The translations under genes were made by a program, and so were the position numbers. DNA of 64,000 bases from Planctomycetota bacterium (GTDB lineage Bacteria; Planctomycetota; PLA2; JAEUHO01): NCBI GenBank assembly GCA_965223505.1, contig CBDCWP010000044.1, positions 64,001 through 128,000 of the forward strand, given 5' to 3'. Of this stretch, positions 1-9,700 are shown piece after piece (the stretch's first letter is position 1; each line of letters opens with the position of its first letter). Under the pieces are notes generated by a model, which saw nothing but the letters and a program-made list of their open reading frames with translations, was not told the origin of the DNA and made no database searches.

Positions 1-212
1 TCGCTCGGGCCGGGGCCCGCGGCGGGCATCTCGGCCGGCGCCTCGGCGACGGGCGCATCCGCCGGCGTATCGGCGGCGGGCGCATCGGCGACGACGACCG
101 GTCCGCTAGCGGGACTGTCGGCGACGATCACGCGGCGGCCGCGGCAGGCGCCGACGACGAGCACGAGGACCAGAAGGATTGCAATCGGTGCGAGTCGGAT
201 GTTGCGGAACAT
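1..212 (-). CDS. Lipoprotein, 5' part only (runs off window); probable paralog of the secretin at 11135..13900
   Basis: Not in ORF track. Read manually from ATG at 212: MFRNIRLAPIAILLVLVLVVGACRGRRVIVADSPASGPVVVADAPAA..., with a lipobox (VGA/C) and a GAGGAG RBS upstream. The N-terminus resembles LTAC-QGRRRIVA of the secretin. Confidence 0.75.
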   Translation of the reverse strand, partial: MFRNIRLAPIAILLVLVLVVGACRGRRVIVADSPASGPVVVADAPAADTPADAPVAEAPAEMPAAGPGPS

Positions 213-421
213 GGATCTGTTCAGCTCCTCTCGGTGCCGTTCGAAAACAGCGACAAACGATGCGAGAGATTGAGCAGAGACCCTCTCTCTGCCCTGCCTG
301 ACCGAGCCGCTTCCGCGAACGGAACCGACTCCGCCTCCCTACGACGCGATAGAACAATCGAGGGTGGTCACGCCCGTGTCATAAACCGTGACAGGAAAAC
401 GGATTCCGGCGCGTGGGCGGG

Positions 422-2224
422 CTAGCGGCAGACGCGGTTGTAACGGTTCTGTTGGCGGGTCGTCGTGCACAGTTTTCGCGCCGCGTCGCACGCCGCCTCC
501 GCGGCCTCCGATTGTCCCAATTTCTGTAGAATTTTGGCCTTTAGGAGCCACATCTGACAGGTCCAGTGGGGCAACTGCTTGCCCGCCGTCTCGAGGCGCT
601 CGAGCATCGCGGCGTCGCGACCGAGCGCGTTCACGCCGCACCAGGCAACCAACGTCCGCGACGTCTTGCGGCCGAGCTCCCACGCGCGTCCGAAGGCCTG
701 CTCGGCCTGCGCGGCCAGATGGGGGCGGTCGAAGCCCGCGAGGGTCCGACGCGCCTCGCCCAGGCGAAAGTGCGCCTCCGGGTTGGTCGGGTCGCCGTTG
801 GTCGTGATCCGTTCGGCGGCCCGGACGAGGTCGCTCAGCGCCTGGGTGTCCCCCCGCATCTGGGCGGCGCGCACGTCCAGGGCGAGCTGGTTCAGGACGC
901 TCACCAGCCCGATCTTCTCGTGCGGGTCGGGGCGGCGCGCGTTCTCCGGGCCGGGCAGGAACGGCTCCACGATGGCGGAGCCGCCGTAGTACTGGGGCGC
1001 GCTCCCGCCGCGGTCGTCCACCCGCACCTCCAGTTCCTTGTATTCAACAAGGATCTGGTTCAGCCTCGCCAGGTTCTGCGCCGCTTTGGCGGGCTGCAGC
1101 ACGGGCTCCGTGCGCCAGGCCGCGCGCTCGAGCCAGTACGCGCGTCCCTCGCCGACGTCGATGAGGGTGCCGGACGGCGAGACGGCCGCGGCGAGCTGGG
1201 CCCAGCCGTAGCGGTTGTGGCCGTACAGGGACTCGGCCACCCGGGCCCGGTCCGGCGGCTGGGTCCCCGCCATCACGTCCCGGCCCATGCCCGGCCCCTC
1301 GACGGCGGGCCAGGGCACGCCGCACAGGCCCGCCAGCGTCGGGGCGACGTCGGCGATGTCGGCGGGATCCGAGCGTACGCCGGCCGGGATGCCGGGGCCG
1401 GCGAGCAGGAACGGGACGCGCAGCGTGGCATCGCCGAGCAGGATGCCGTGACTGGCCTCGCCGAGGTTGCCCAGGCCCTCGCCGTGGTCGGCCGTGAGCA
1501 GGATCAAGGCATCGCCGCGGCCTGCGGCGCGCAGGCCCTTGCGCAGGCGGCCGAAGATGGCGTCGGCGGCCTTGACGTCGTCGACGTAGCGTCCGGTCGT
1601 GTACGGCGCATGGGGCTCGAAGATGTGCACGAAGAGGAACAGCGGCTGCTCCGTGCCGGCCTCCCGGGCGTACCGAACCGCGGCGTCGACGGTGTCGGCG
1701 CCCGGCCGCTCCGCGACGTTCAGGGCGTCCGTGTCGCCGAGATCGCCGTCGTCGTAGCGGTCGAAGCCCTGGTCGAGCCCGAATCCGGCGGCCAGGACAC
1801 CGGCGGAGACGAACGCGCCCGTCCGCCAGCCCGCGGCCTGGAGCCGCTCCGCCAGCAACGGGAAGCCGCGCGTGTCCGGCGGGCGCAGACGGCCGAAGGT
1901 GTTCAGCCGTACGCCGGTGGCAGCCGGCGGTCGCCCGGTCAGCATGGTGGTGTGTCCGGGGAGCGTGAGCGGCACCGGGGAGCGGGCGTCGTCGAAGCGC
2001 AGGCCCGACTCGGCCCAGGCGTCGATGTTGGGGGTGCGTACCGGCGGACGCTCGCCGTCGGGCGTGTAGACGGAGACGTGATCGCGCCGCAGCGTGTCGA
2101 TCGCGAAGAGCACGATCGTGCGCGACGCGCCGCGGTTCAGCTCGGTCGCGCGCCAAGGCTGCCAGATGGCCAGGCCGATGGCGGCCAGGACGGCAATCGA
2201 GAGACCCCACATCCGATGCGACAT
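422..2224 (-). CDS. Sulfatase/alkaline-phosphatase superfamily hydrolase with N-terminal TM/signal and C-terminal TPR-like region
   Basis: Motifs IDTLRRDH, TPNID, PLTLPGHTTMLTG, HIFEPHAPY, TADHGE, VPFLL and DVAPT. Confidence 0.85.
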   Translation of the reverse strand: MSHRMWGLSIAVLAAIGLAIWQPWRATELNRGASRTIVLFAIDTLRRDHVSVYTPDGERPPVRTPNIDAWAESGLRFDDARSPVPLTLPGHTTMLTGRPPAATGVRLNTFGRLRPPDTRGFPLLAERLQAAGWRTGAFVSAGVLAAGFGLDQGFDRYDDGDLGDTDALNVAERPGADTVDAAVRYAREAGTEQPLFLFVHIFEPHAPYTTGRYVDDVKAADAIFGRLRKGLRAAGRGDALILLTADHGEGLGNLGEASHGILLGDATLRVPFLLAGPGIPAGVRSDPADIADVAPTLAGLCGVPWPAVEGPGMGRDVMAGTQPPDRARVAESLYGHNRYGWAQLAAAVSPSGTLIDVGEGRAYWLERAAWRTEPVLQPAKAAQNLARLNQILVEYKELEVRVDDRGGSAPQYYGGSAIVEPFLPGPENARRPDPHEKIGLVSVLNQLALDVRAAQMRGDTQALSDLVRAAERITTNGDPTNPEAHFRLGEARRTLAGFDRPHLAAQAEQAFGRAWELGRKTSRTLVAWCGVNALGRDAAMLERLETAGKQLPHWTCQMWLLKAKILQKLGQSEAAEAACDAARKLCTTTRQQNRYNRVCR

Positions 2225-2353
2225 GGGGGGACTGTATCAGGGGTGCGGGTGCGCGCATCGGACCCGCACCCCGTCACCGATGCCGCCCCCGCGCCGGATC
2301 CCGGCGCCCGGATCGGTATCGGGTTGGGAGACCCGACCGGTCGGGTTCGGACG

Positions 2354-2968
2354 CTACGGCGCGACGCGGTTCTTCAGCGGCGACTGGGTGCCTTCGAAGT
2401 GCACCTTGCTCAAGCCGGCGGCGACGAACGTGTCCAGCACGCGGATCACGTCGCCGTGCGGCACGCTCATGCCGTACGGCGGCGGCGCCACGATCTCGGC
2501 GCGCGTTTCGGGATCGCGGTCGACGAACGCCCACTTGGCCTCGATCACGCGCTGAATCCGTTCCATGACCTCGTCGTACGCGGCAATCCGCGACGCCTCG
2601 TTGCTCTTGTCGATGCTCCACTCGCCGGCCGGCAAGCGGTACGTGTGACTGCCGTCGATCTTCACGAGCGTGTACGCCTCTGCGGGATTCTCGCGGTTCT
2701 TGCGGAACAGCTTGATCTTGATCCGCGGCGCCGTGTCCTCGATGAGTTTGGGAATGTCGGTCGGCCCGCGGTCCTTGGGCATGCTGGCGTCGATGCGTTG
2801 GTCGACGGTTTTGAACTTCAGGCTGAGCAGGAAGAAGATGATGAGCTGAAACACGATGTCGATCATCGGTGTCATGTTCATCTCGGTGTCGTCCCCGGTG
2901 GCCCAGACGGTGGGTCTGCGCCCACTGCCGTCACTCGGGGGAGACCCTGCGTTGGAAGAGTCTGTCAT
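2354..2968 (-). CDS. ExbD/TolR family biopolymer transport protein (copy 3)
   Basis: EMNMTPMIDIVFQLIIFFLL TM motif with the conserved Asp, and C-terminal VPHGDVIRVLD. Start moved to ATG 2968, which has an AGGAG RBS. Confidence 0.85.
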   Translation of the reverse strand: MTDSSNAGSPPSDGSGRRPTVWATGDDTEMNMTPMIDIVFQLIIFFLLSLKFKTVDQRIDASMPKDRGPTDIPKLIEDTAPRIKIKLFRKNRENPAEAYTLVKIDGSHTYRLPAGEWSIDKSNEASRIAAYDEVMERIQRVIEAKWAFVDRDPETRAEIVAPPPYGMSVPHGDVIRVLDTFVAAGLSKVHFEGTQSPLKNRVAP

Positions 2969-3034
2969 TTGTCCGCTCCTGGTGAAGGTGCGGACGGCCG
3001 AACACGGATGTGTCGGCGAACGGGGGTCTGCCGA

Positions 3035-3063
3035 CAGCTTACCTTGGTAGGCGAACGCGACAA
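3035..3063 (-). promoter_or_regulatory. Candidate sigma70-like promoter for exbD copy 3 (TTGTCG-N16-TAAGCT)
   Basis: Read on the minus strand; followed by a TGTCGGC/GCCGACA hairpin in the leader. Confidence 0.35.
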
Positions 3064-3277
3064 CAGGGAGAAAGTCGTTCGGGCTTGGGCGACGCGCGCT
3101 GCTCACTCGCATACGGGAAGCGGGAGCGAGGCCGGGACCGGGAGCGGCGTCAACGGCCGTCGATGAGTGCGCGGAGCGACCGCCGTGCGCCGAGGGCTCC
3201 GCTCGACACTCCCGCTAGCCGTTTGCAGAACGGAAGCTGGGCGTCACGCAATGTCGCGTTGGATCGACGACCAACGG

Positions 3278-3859
3278 CTACTTCTGCAGTCCTTGCCCGG
3301 TCATGGTGCCGCCTTCGCTGCTGCGCAGCGGCGGAGCCGCACCCTCGAAGACGACCTGCTGGATGCCGATGTCCACCAGCATGTCCAGCACGCGCACGAT
3401 GTCGCCGTGCGGAACCGCGCCGCCGTCCGGCGGCATCGCGGCGATCTCGCCCTTCACTTCGGGGCTGCGCTGCTGCGCCGCGAACTTCGCGTCGACGACC
3501 TGCTTGATCTGCCCGAACAGGTTGTCGTACAGCGCGAGCCGCGCTTCCGAACCCTTTGCATCCTTCGGCCACGGGCCCTTCGGCAGGTTGAACGTGTGGG
3601 TGTTGTCGATGCGGATCTTCGTGTACGCCTCGAGCTCCTTGCCCTTCTCCTTGCGGAAGAGCTTCACCTTGATCTTCTCGAATTCCGGCGGGAAGGAGGG
3701 CGTGGGGGCCAGGCCGCGGTCCTTCGGCAGCTGGCTGTCGATGCGTCGGTCCACCTCTTTGAACTTCAGGCTGAGCAGGAAGAAGATGATGAGCTGGAAC
3801 ACGATGTCGATCATCGGCGTCATGTTCATTTCGGTGTCGTCGCCTTGCGCGATGTCCAT
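3278..3859 (-). CDS. ExbD/TolR family protein (copy 2)
   Basis: EMNMTPMIDIVFQLIIFFLLSLKFK motif; AGGAG RBS overlapping the upstream stop. Confidence 0.9.
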   Translation of the reverse strand: MDIAQGDDTEMNMTPMIDIVFQLIIFFLLSLKFKEVDRRIDSQLPKDRGLAPTPSFPPEFEKIKVKLFRKEKGKELEAYTKIRIDNTHTFNLPKGPWPKDAKGSEARLALYDNLFGQIKQVVDAKFAAQQRSPEVKGEIAAMPPDGGAVPHGDIVRVLDMLVDIGIQQVVFEGAAPPLRSSEGGTMTGQGLQK

Positions 3860-3868
3860 GATCGACTC

Positions 3869-4381
3869 CTACTTGTCCGTTTCCTTGACCGGCTGCTTCA
3901 CGGCGAACTGCATCTTGTAGATCTTGATCTTCTGGTCCGCACAGACCTGCATGATCCACTGCACGTACTGCCACTTCGCGGCGCGGTCACCGTGGATCAG
4001 GACCGGAATCATGCTCGACGAGTCCGGCTCGCTGAACTTCGGGTCCGCCGTGAGCGCCATGAGCTCTTGACGCAGCGCCCGAAGCGCCATTTCCTGCGCC
4101 ATCGGATCGGCCGACGACAGGCTCCACGAGTTGCCCTTGAACGTGACGGTGCCGTTCGACTCGAGGTTGATGACGAACCGCGGCGTCTTGTCCGTCGGAT
4201 CCTCTTCGTCCTCGATGCCCTTGTACGCGTGCGGAAGATCGACCGGCACGAACTCCTTGGTCGTGAGGTCGATCGTCAGCATGAAGAACACGACCAACAG
4301 GAAGGTCATGTCGATCATCGGCGTGAGGTTCATGTTGGCTTCGTCGGAATCGACGACAGCCTTGCTCCGCTTACCAGCCAT
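3869..4381 (-). CDS. exbD: ExbD/TolR family protein (copy 1)
   Basis: NLTPMIDMTFLLVVFFML, VDLP and VLIHGDRAAKWQYV motifs. Confidence 0.92.
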   Translation of the reverse strand: MAGKRSKAVVDSDEANMNLTPMIDMTFLLVVFFMLTIDLTTKEFVPVDLPHAYKGIEDEEDPTDKTPRFVINLESNGTVTFKGNSWSLSSADPMAQEMALRALRQELMALTADPKFSEPDSSSMIPVLIHGDRAAKWQYVQWIMQVCADQKIKIYKMQFAVKQPVKETDK

Positions 4382-4439
4382 TGCGCCTCCTCGGATTCAC
4401 CGGGTCGGACTTCTTGTTCATCGAGCTGCCAGCGGGCGA

Positions 4440-5132
4440 CTAGCGGCTGCGGAATCGCTCCGTCATATCCTCGAGGATACCGGCGAAGTCGATCGAGATG
4501 CGCGTGGCCTTGTTCCGGAAGTACTGGTACGCGCTCACCGCGGGAATCGCGACGAGCAGACCCAGGAAGGTCGTGACCAGCGCGGCCGAGATCCCACCGG
4601 CGAGGTCCTTCGGCGTCACCTTCGCGCCGAGCGCGACGATGGCTTTGAAGGCCCCGATCATGCCGTACACCGTTCCGAACAGGCCGAGCATCGGCGCGAC
4701 GTTCGAAAGGAACAGCATCCAGCTCACCTTCTGCTGAAGCTTGACGGCCTCGATGCCGGCGGCGGCCTCGATGGCCTCCTTGACCTTCGGGTAGCCCTCG
4801 TTCAGGCGCGGAAGGCCGGCGGCCAATGAGTTCGTCAGGAAGTTCGGCTCCGACTCACAAAGCTCGAGCGCCTCCTGGTACTCATCTTCTTCCAGCAACG
4901 CTTCGAGCTCGTCGATGAGCTCGGGCGGGCAGATCTTGTCGCGCCGCACGTTGACCGAGAACTCGATGACGAGCGCCAACGTCGCGATGGACAGGAAGAT
5001 GATGACCCAACCGATGGCGCCACCCTTGGTCACGACGTCGGAAAGGATCGAGTCGGCGTGTGCGGACGCGGGGAACACGACGGCCGTGAGAACGAAGAGG
5101 GCAGTCAACACTGCGAAGGTCGTCTTGGACAT
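4440..5132 (-). CDS. exbB: MotA/TolQ/ExbB proton channel protein
   Basis: APMLGLFGTVYGMIGAF and LAGGISAALVTTFLGLLVAIPA motifs; start at ATG 5132 with a GGAG RBS. Confidence 0.93.
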   Translation of the reverse strand: MSKTTFAVLTALFVLTAVVFPASAHADSILSDVVTKGGAIGWVIIFLSIATLALVIEFSVNVRRDKICPPELIDELEALLEEDEYQEALELCESEPNFLTNSLAAGLPRLNEGYPKVKEAIEAAAGIEAVKLQQKVSWMLFLSNVAPMLGLFGTVYGMIGAFKAIVALGAKVTPKDLAGGISAALVTTFLGLLVAIPAVSAYQYFRNKATRISIDFAGILEDMTERFRSR

Positions 5133-5359
5133 GGCTCCAAAGCACTCCAAATGGGGGCCCCGAGGGGTTCTCGGGGCGGGCGTACGGGCGTCGAAGGGTA
5201 CCTCCCACGCTTGTTTCTTGCTACTCCGTACCAAGCGCTGGGCGCCGGGTCCGTCGCAGCTTCACGAGGTTGCGCCCTTTTCGGGCCTCCGTCGGGGCGG
5301 CCGCCTCGCGCGATCGGTTGTCGGGTCTCCTGAATCGACCGGGAATGGTGTGGGCCGCG

Positions 5360-6763
5360 CTACTTCCGCGCCCACTCCGTGTCTGAGTAGTTGGACTTGA
5401 GCGCCTTGCGCGCCTGGTCCCGCATCTTCTCGTACATCTCCTTCGCGGCGGGCTTCTTGGCGGACTCGGCCGCCTTCGACGCCGCTTCGGCGAGGTAGTA
5501 GTGGGCCAGCGCCGCCTGGTCCCGGACGCCGAAGTTCTTGACACGCACCGTGTCGAAATGGACCAGCGCCTCGACGGCCTTGCCTTCGTGCAGGTACGCC
5601 AACCCCAGGCCGTTCGAGGCGACCGCCTGCACCTCCGGGTCGCGCGCGCCGCTCACGATCGCGTCGGTCACCGCCTTGGACTGCCCGGCGAACTTCGACT
5701 TCAACGCGTCCGGCATGCCGGCCTCGATGAAGACCCGCAGCCGGTTGTAGGTCGCCGCGTTGTCCGCCTCGAGCGCCTGATCGAGCTTGACCTTCGCTGC
5801 GCGAATCCGCGCCCGACTGTAGTACCGACCGAGCTCGAGCTGGAGGCACTTGCGCATCTCGTTCTTGAGGAGCTGGCTTACGATCGTCAGCGCAGACTGG
5901 TACGCCTTCGACGCGTCCTCCGCGTTGCCCTTTGCTTCCTCGATGATGCCGCCGCCCAGCGCCGCTTCGTACGCCCAGCGAGGCGAGAGCCCGAGCGTGG
6001 CGTCGATCGCGTGACCCTGGAGCTCGTCGAAGACCTTCTTCGCCTCCGGGTACTTGCCGAGCCCCACGAGCGTCTTCGCATGCAGGAGCATCGCCTCGGG
6101 ATACCAGCGGCTGTTGCCGTTGGCGAACCGCGTGAGGAAGCCGCCGGTCGTCTTGAACTCGTCGTCCTCGGCGACCTGGTCCGGCCGCGGCATGTCCACC
6201 AACGCCATCAGGGCCTGCCCGAGGATGTCCTTGTTCTTCTCCTTCATGCCGCGCAGGTACAGCGCCTTGCAATAGAAGAAGTGTGCGTACTCACTCTGCC
6301 AACGGGGGCGCTGGTTGCCCTTCGTCGGGTCGCCGGCCATGAAGCTCTTGTACTTGGGCTCCTCGCCGAGCGTGTCCCAACCGCCGCCGTGGACCGTGAA
6401 CAAGGCCTCTGCGGCTTCCTGATAGCTCCCGCGCCGGATGAGGTCCCGCGCCGACTTGATCGTCTCGGCCTCCGCGTCGTTCACGTCGCCGCGCCGCACG
6501 GACGCGACCTCGATCGTGGGGATCTTCTGCTCGGGGCCCTTCGCGCGCTCGCGGTACATCACGAACTGCCAGGTCTCCGACGTGACCTCGTAGACGGTGC
6601 GCGTCGATCGCTCGCACGTCCGGAGATCGATGACCTCGATCTCGTCCGCGGCGGCCTGCGTCGCAAAGGAGAGTCCCAGGACGAAGAGTCCCAGGAGTGC
6701 CAAGCCTCGAATGGATGCGTGCATGGGTGCGGTCCTCTTGATTGCGTCGTTCATGGCGGCCAC
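5360..6763 (-). CDS. Exported TPR-like protein
   Basis: Signal peptide (LALLGLFVLGLSFATQAAA/D) and helical TPR-like repeats (EAMLLHAKTLVGLGKYPEAKKVFD, NGLGLAYLHEGKAVEALVHF). Start could be 6763, 6754 or 6724. Confidence 0.75.
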   Translation of the reverse strand: MAAMNDAIKRTAPMHASIRGLALLGLFVLGLSFATQAAADEIEVIDLRTCERSTRTVYEVTSETWQFVMYRERAKGPEQKIPTIEVASVRRGDVNDAEAETIKSARDLIRRGSYQEAAEALFTVHGGGWDTLGEEPKYKSFMAGDPTKGNQRPRWQSEYAHFFYCKALYLRGMKEKNKDILGQALMALVDMPRPDQVAEDDEFKTTGGFLTRFANGNSRWYPEAMLLHAKTLVGLGKYPEAKKVFDELQGHAIDATLGLSPRWAYEAALGGGIIEEAKGNAEDASKAYQSALTIVSQLLKNEMRKCLQLELGRYYSRARIRAAKVKLDQALEADNAATYNRLRVFIEAGMPDALKSKFAGQSKAVTDAIVSGARDPEVQAVASNGLGLAYLHEGKAVEALVHFDTVRVKNFGVRDQAALAHYYLAEAASKAAESAKKPAAKEMYEKMRDQARKALKSNYSDTEWARK

Positions 6764-9700
6764 TACTCGTCCCCGTCCCCGTTGGGCTTCGGCTTCTCGG
6801 GTTGCTCGTCGTTCTCTGCGTCCGCGGCCATGTCCTTGGGCATCTTGCGCAGGTCCAACACGAGCTTCGGCTGGATCATGTCGTTGAGCCGCTTCAGTGC
6901 GGTTTCGAGGTCCGCGATGGTCCCCGGCCGCTCCGATTCGCCGAGCCGCGGATAGCGCGACTTGAGGCCGCGCAAGATCTTGCCCGCGTACTCGAGCATC
7001 GTCTTGGCATCCGCCTTGGCGGCGCCGGGGCTCGCACCGCGCGCCCGCTCGGCGGCGTTCAGCATGGCGTTGAGCCGGATGACCTGCGTTTCCCAGAACT
7101 CCTCGGAGTCGTCGTCGACCTGCATGAGCCCGCGCAGCAGCGTGCCGCAGAGGTTGATGGCTTTCACGTCGTCGCCCTCACGGCCCGACTCGGCGTAGGA
7201 CTGCGCAAGCGCCATGCGGAACGAGCGACGGTAGTCGCCGTGGATCCGGTAGAAGACGGCGTCGAAGCCGGCGTTCTTGAACGCCGCCACCGTGCGCTTC
7301 AGCGTCTGGTCGTCTTCCTTCGCCATCTCGCTCTTGAAGCGGCCGAGCGCCTCCTTGTAGGTGCGGTCGGCGCGGGCGCTTTCGAACTTCGGGATGGGCG
7401 TGCCGCCGGGACTCCCGAGCTCCTTGACCGCTTTGCGGAAGCCGGCGACGTCCGACACGCGCGGCATCGGAAAGCGGAAGGAGCGCTTCTCGATCGGGTC
7501 GGTCCACGGCAGGACCACGAAGTCGCCCGCGAGCATGCCGACCAGGAGGTCGTTGTTCTCCGGAATGTTCGCGACCGCGCCTTGCAGCAGCTCGACGGCC
7601 TTCAGATTGAGCTCGCGCGCCGTCTTCTCGTCTTGCGCCGTGCTGGCGAGGTGCGAGTAGATCTTGCCGAGCTTGCCGAGCGCCTTCGAGCGGTCCTCGG
7701 CGGTGATGCCGGGCAGCTTCAGGTAGGCCTCGTTGAGCTCCTTCGCGCGCTCCCAGTTCTCGCGAACCTCGGGCTTGAGCTCCGTCGCGTAGAAGTACAT
7801 GTACGCGAACTTGTACAGATGCGACGGCGTCAGGGACTCCTTCAGCGCGACCATCGTCTTGTACCAGAGATAGTACTTCTCCGCGGCCTTCACCAGGTGC
7901 GGGTACATCTCCAGCTTGTACGCGTCGATCTTCTTGCGCTCTTCGATGAGCTCAGCTTCGAGCGTTTCGCGTTTCGCCGTCAGCTCGCGCAGCTCCTTGT
8001 TCAGCCGCGCGATCGTCTTGATGATGCCGTCGCGGATGAGCTGCTCGTTTGGGTTCTTCTCGTCCTTGAAGTCCGGGCGGCCCTTGAGGTCCTTCTCGGC
8101 CTCGTCGCGCTCCGTCTTGCCGATCTTGGTATCACCGCCGCTCGCCATGGCGCGGTCGTACGTGTCGATCAGCTCCTGCTTCTTGCGGCGTGAGCCGTTG
8201 AGGTCGACGAGACGCTCCGCGACGCGGTTCTCGTCCTTCTCCGCGACCTTGAGCCGGTAGAGCAGGCCCTTGGCGCGTTCGTCTGGCGGACCCTGGATCT
8301 TGGCCAGCGAGGCCTTGAGGTTGGTTTCGATCTCCGAGTACTTGCTCTCGAAGTAGCGGGCCAGCCCGAACGTGATCTTGTGCAGCTTGTTGTAGGTCGG
8401 GTACTTGGCCACGAGCTTGTCGAGGTACTTCTCGGCGTTCTCGATGTCGCCCTTGCCGACGTAGGCCTGCACCTGGTTCCCCAGCGCGCCCGACAGATAC
8501 GGAAGGGGATCGAGGTCGCTGTGTTCGGCGGCGAACGTCTTCAGGAGATCGAGCACCGCGTCCCACTGCTCGAGCTCGACCAACGCGAGGCTCTTCCAGT
8601 AGATGGTTTGGCCGCGCGCCTTGCGTGCACGCTTCGCCCAGTCCGACTCGCTCTGCTTGAACTTCGCCTGCGCGACCGGACCGTCCCAGTACTTCAGGGC
8701 GGCGTCGGACTCCTTGATCATCCCGCGCCAATCCTTGCGGGCGAGCGCGCAGCGAATGATGTAGACGAACGCTTCGTTCTGCAGGCGCGCTTCGGGGTCC
8801 TTCGCAACGCGCCGGAATCCGGACTCCGCCTTCGACAGCGTCGACTTCCAGCCGCTCTTGCCCTCGTTGCGCTCCTTGATCGCCTGCTTGCGGTTGGCGA
8901 TCGCGGCCTGGATCTCGCTTTCCTGCTCGGACGGATGGCCGCGATAGTCGCTCGGGAACGAGTCCTGCACGGCTTTGAAGCGATCGAGATAGATCTTGGC
9001 GTCCGTCTGCACGTAGAGCTGGTCGAGCAGGCCCATCGCCTGTCGTCGAAGGTTGCCCGCCATGACGAGGTTCTCGTCGTTCTCGTCGTTCGTCGTGCGC
9101 GGAATGCGCCCGTCGATCCACGCCTCGTGGATCGGCTCCAGCGCCAGGCTCGCCGACAACAGGTCCCCGAGGTTCTTGTAGCAGATGGCGATCTTGCGCC
9201 ACGACGGGACGCCGAACTTCATCAGGTCGTCCGTGCTGTCGGTCATGGCGACGATCACGCGCTGGTAGGCGCCGATCGCGTCCGTGTAGCGCCCCTTCGA
9301 AAACTGGCTGTCCGCCACGCCCATCAGGACCTCCGCCGACTGGCCGCTGCCGCCGTTGGTGGTCCCGCCGCGCGTCACGAATTTCTCGAGCAGATCGTTG
9401 GCCTTCTTCTCGAGGTAGCCCTTGCCCTTCTCGCTCGCGATGCTGGCGGCCTGGCTGGCGATCTTGATCGCCTCGTTGGTCCGATCCTGGGCGTCCTCGA
9501 GCCGCGCCCACTGCAGGAGCGCGTGGATGCCGTCGTCCGTGTCACCGATCGTCGGGTGCCGCACCATCATCTTCTTGAGGTACGTGCTCCCGGTGCGCAG
9601 GAAGTTCTCCCCACCGACGCGGCCGGCGCTCAGGCAGAGCTGGCCGATGTGGTTGTAGCCGCGCGCGATGATGCGCAGCGTGTCCCCGTCCACGTGCTGG

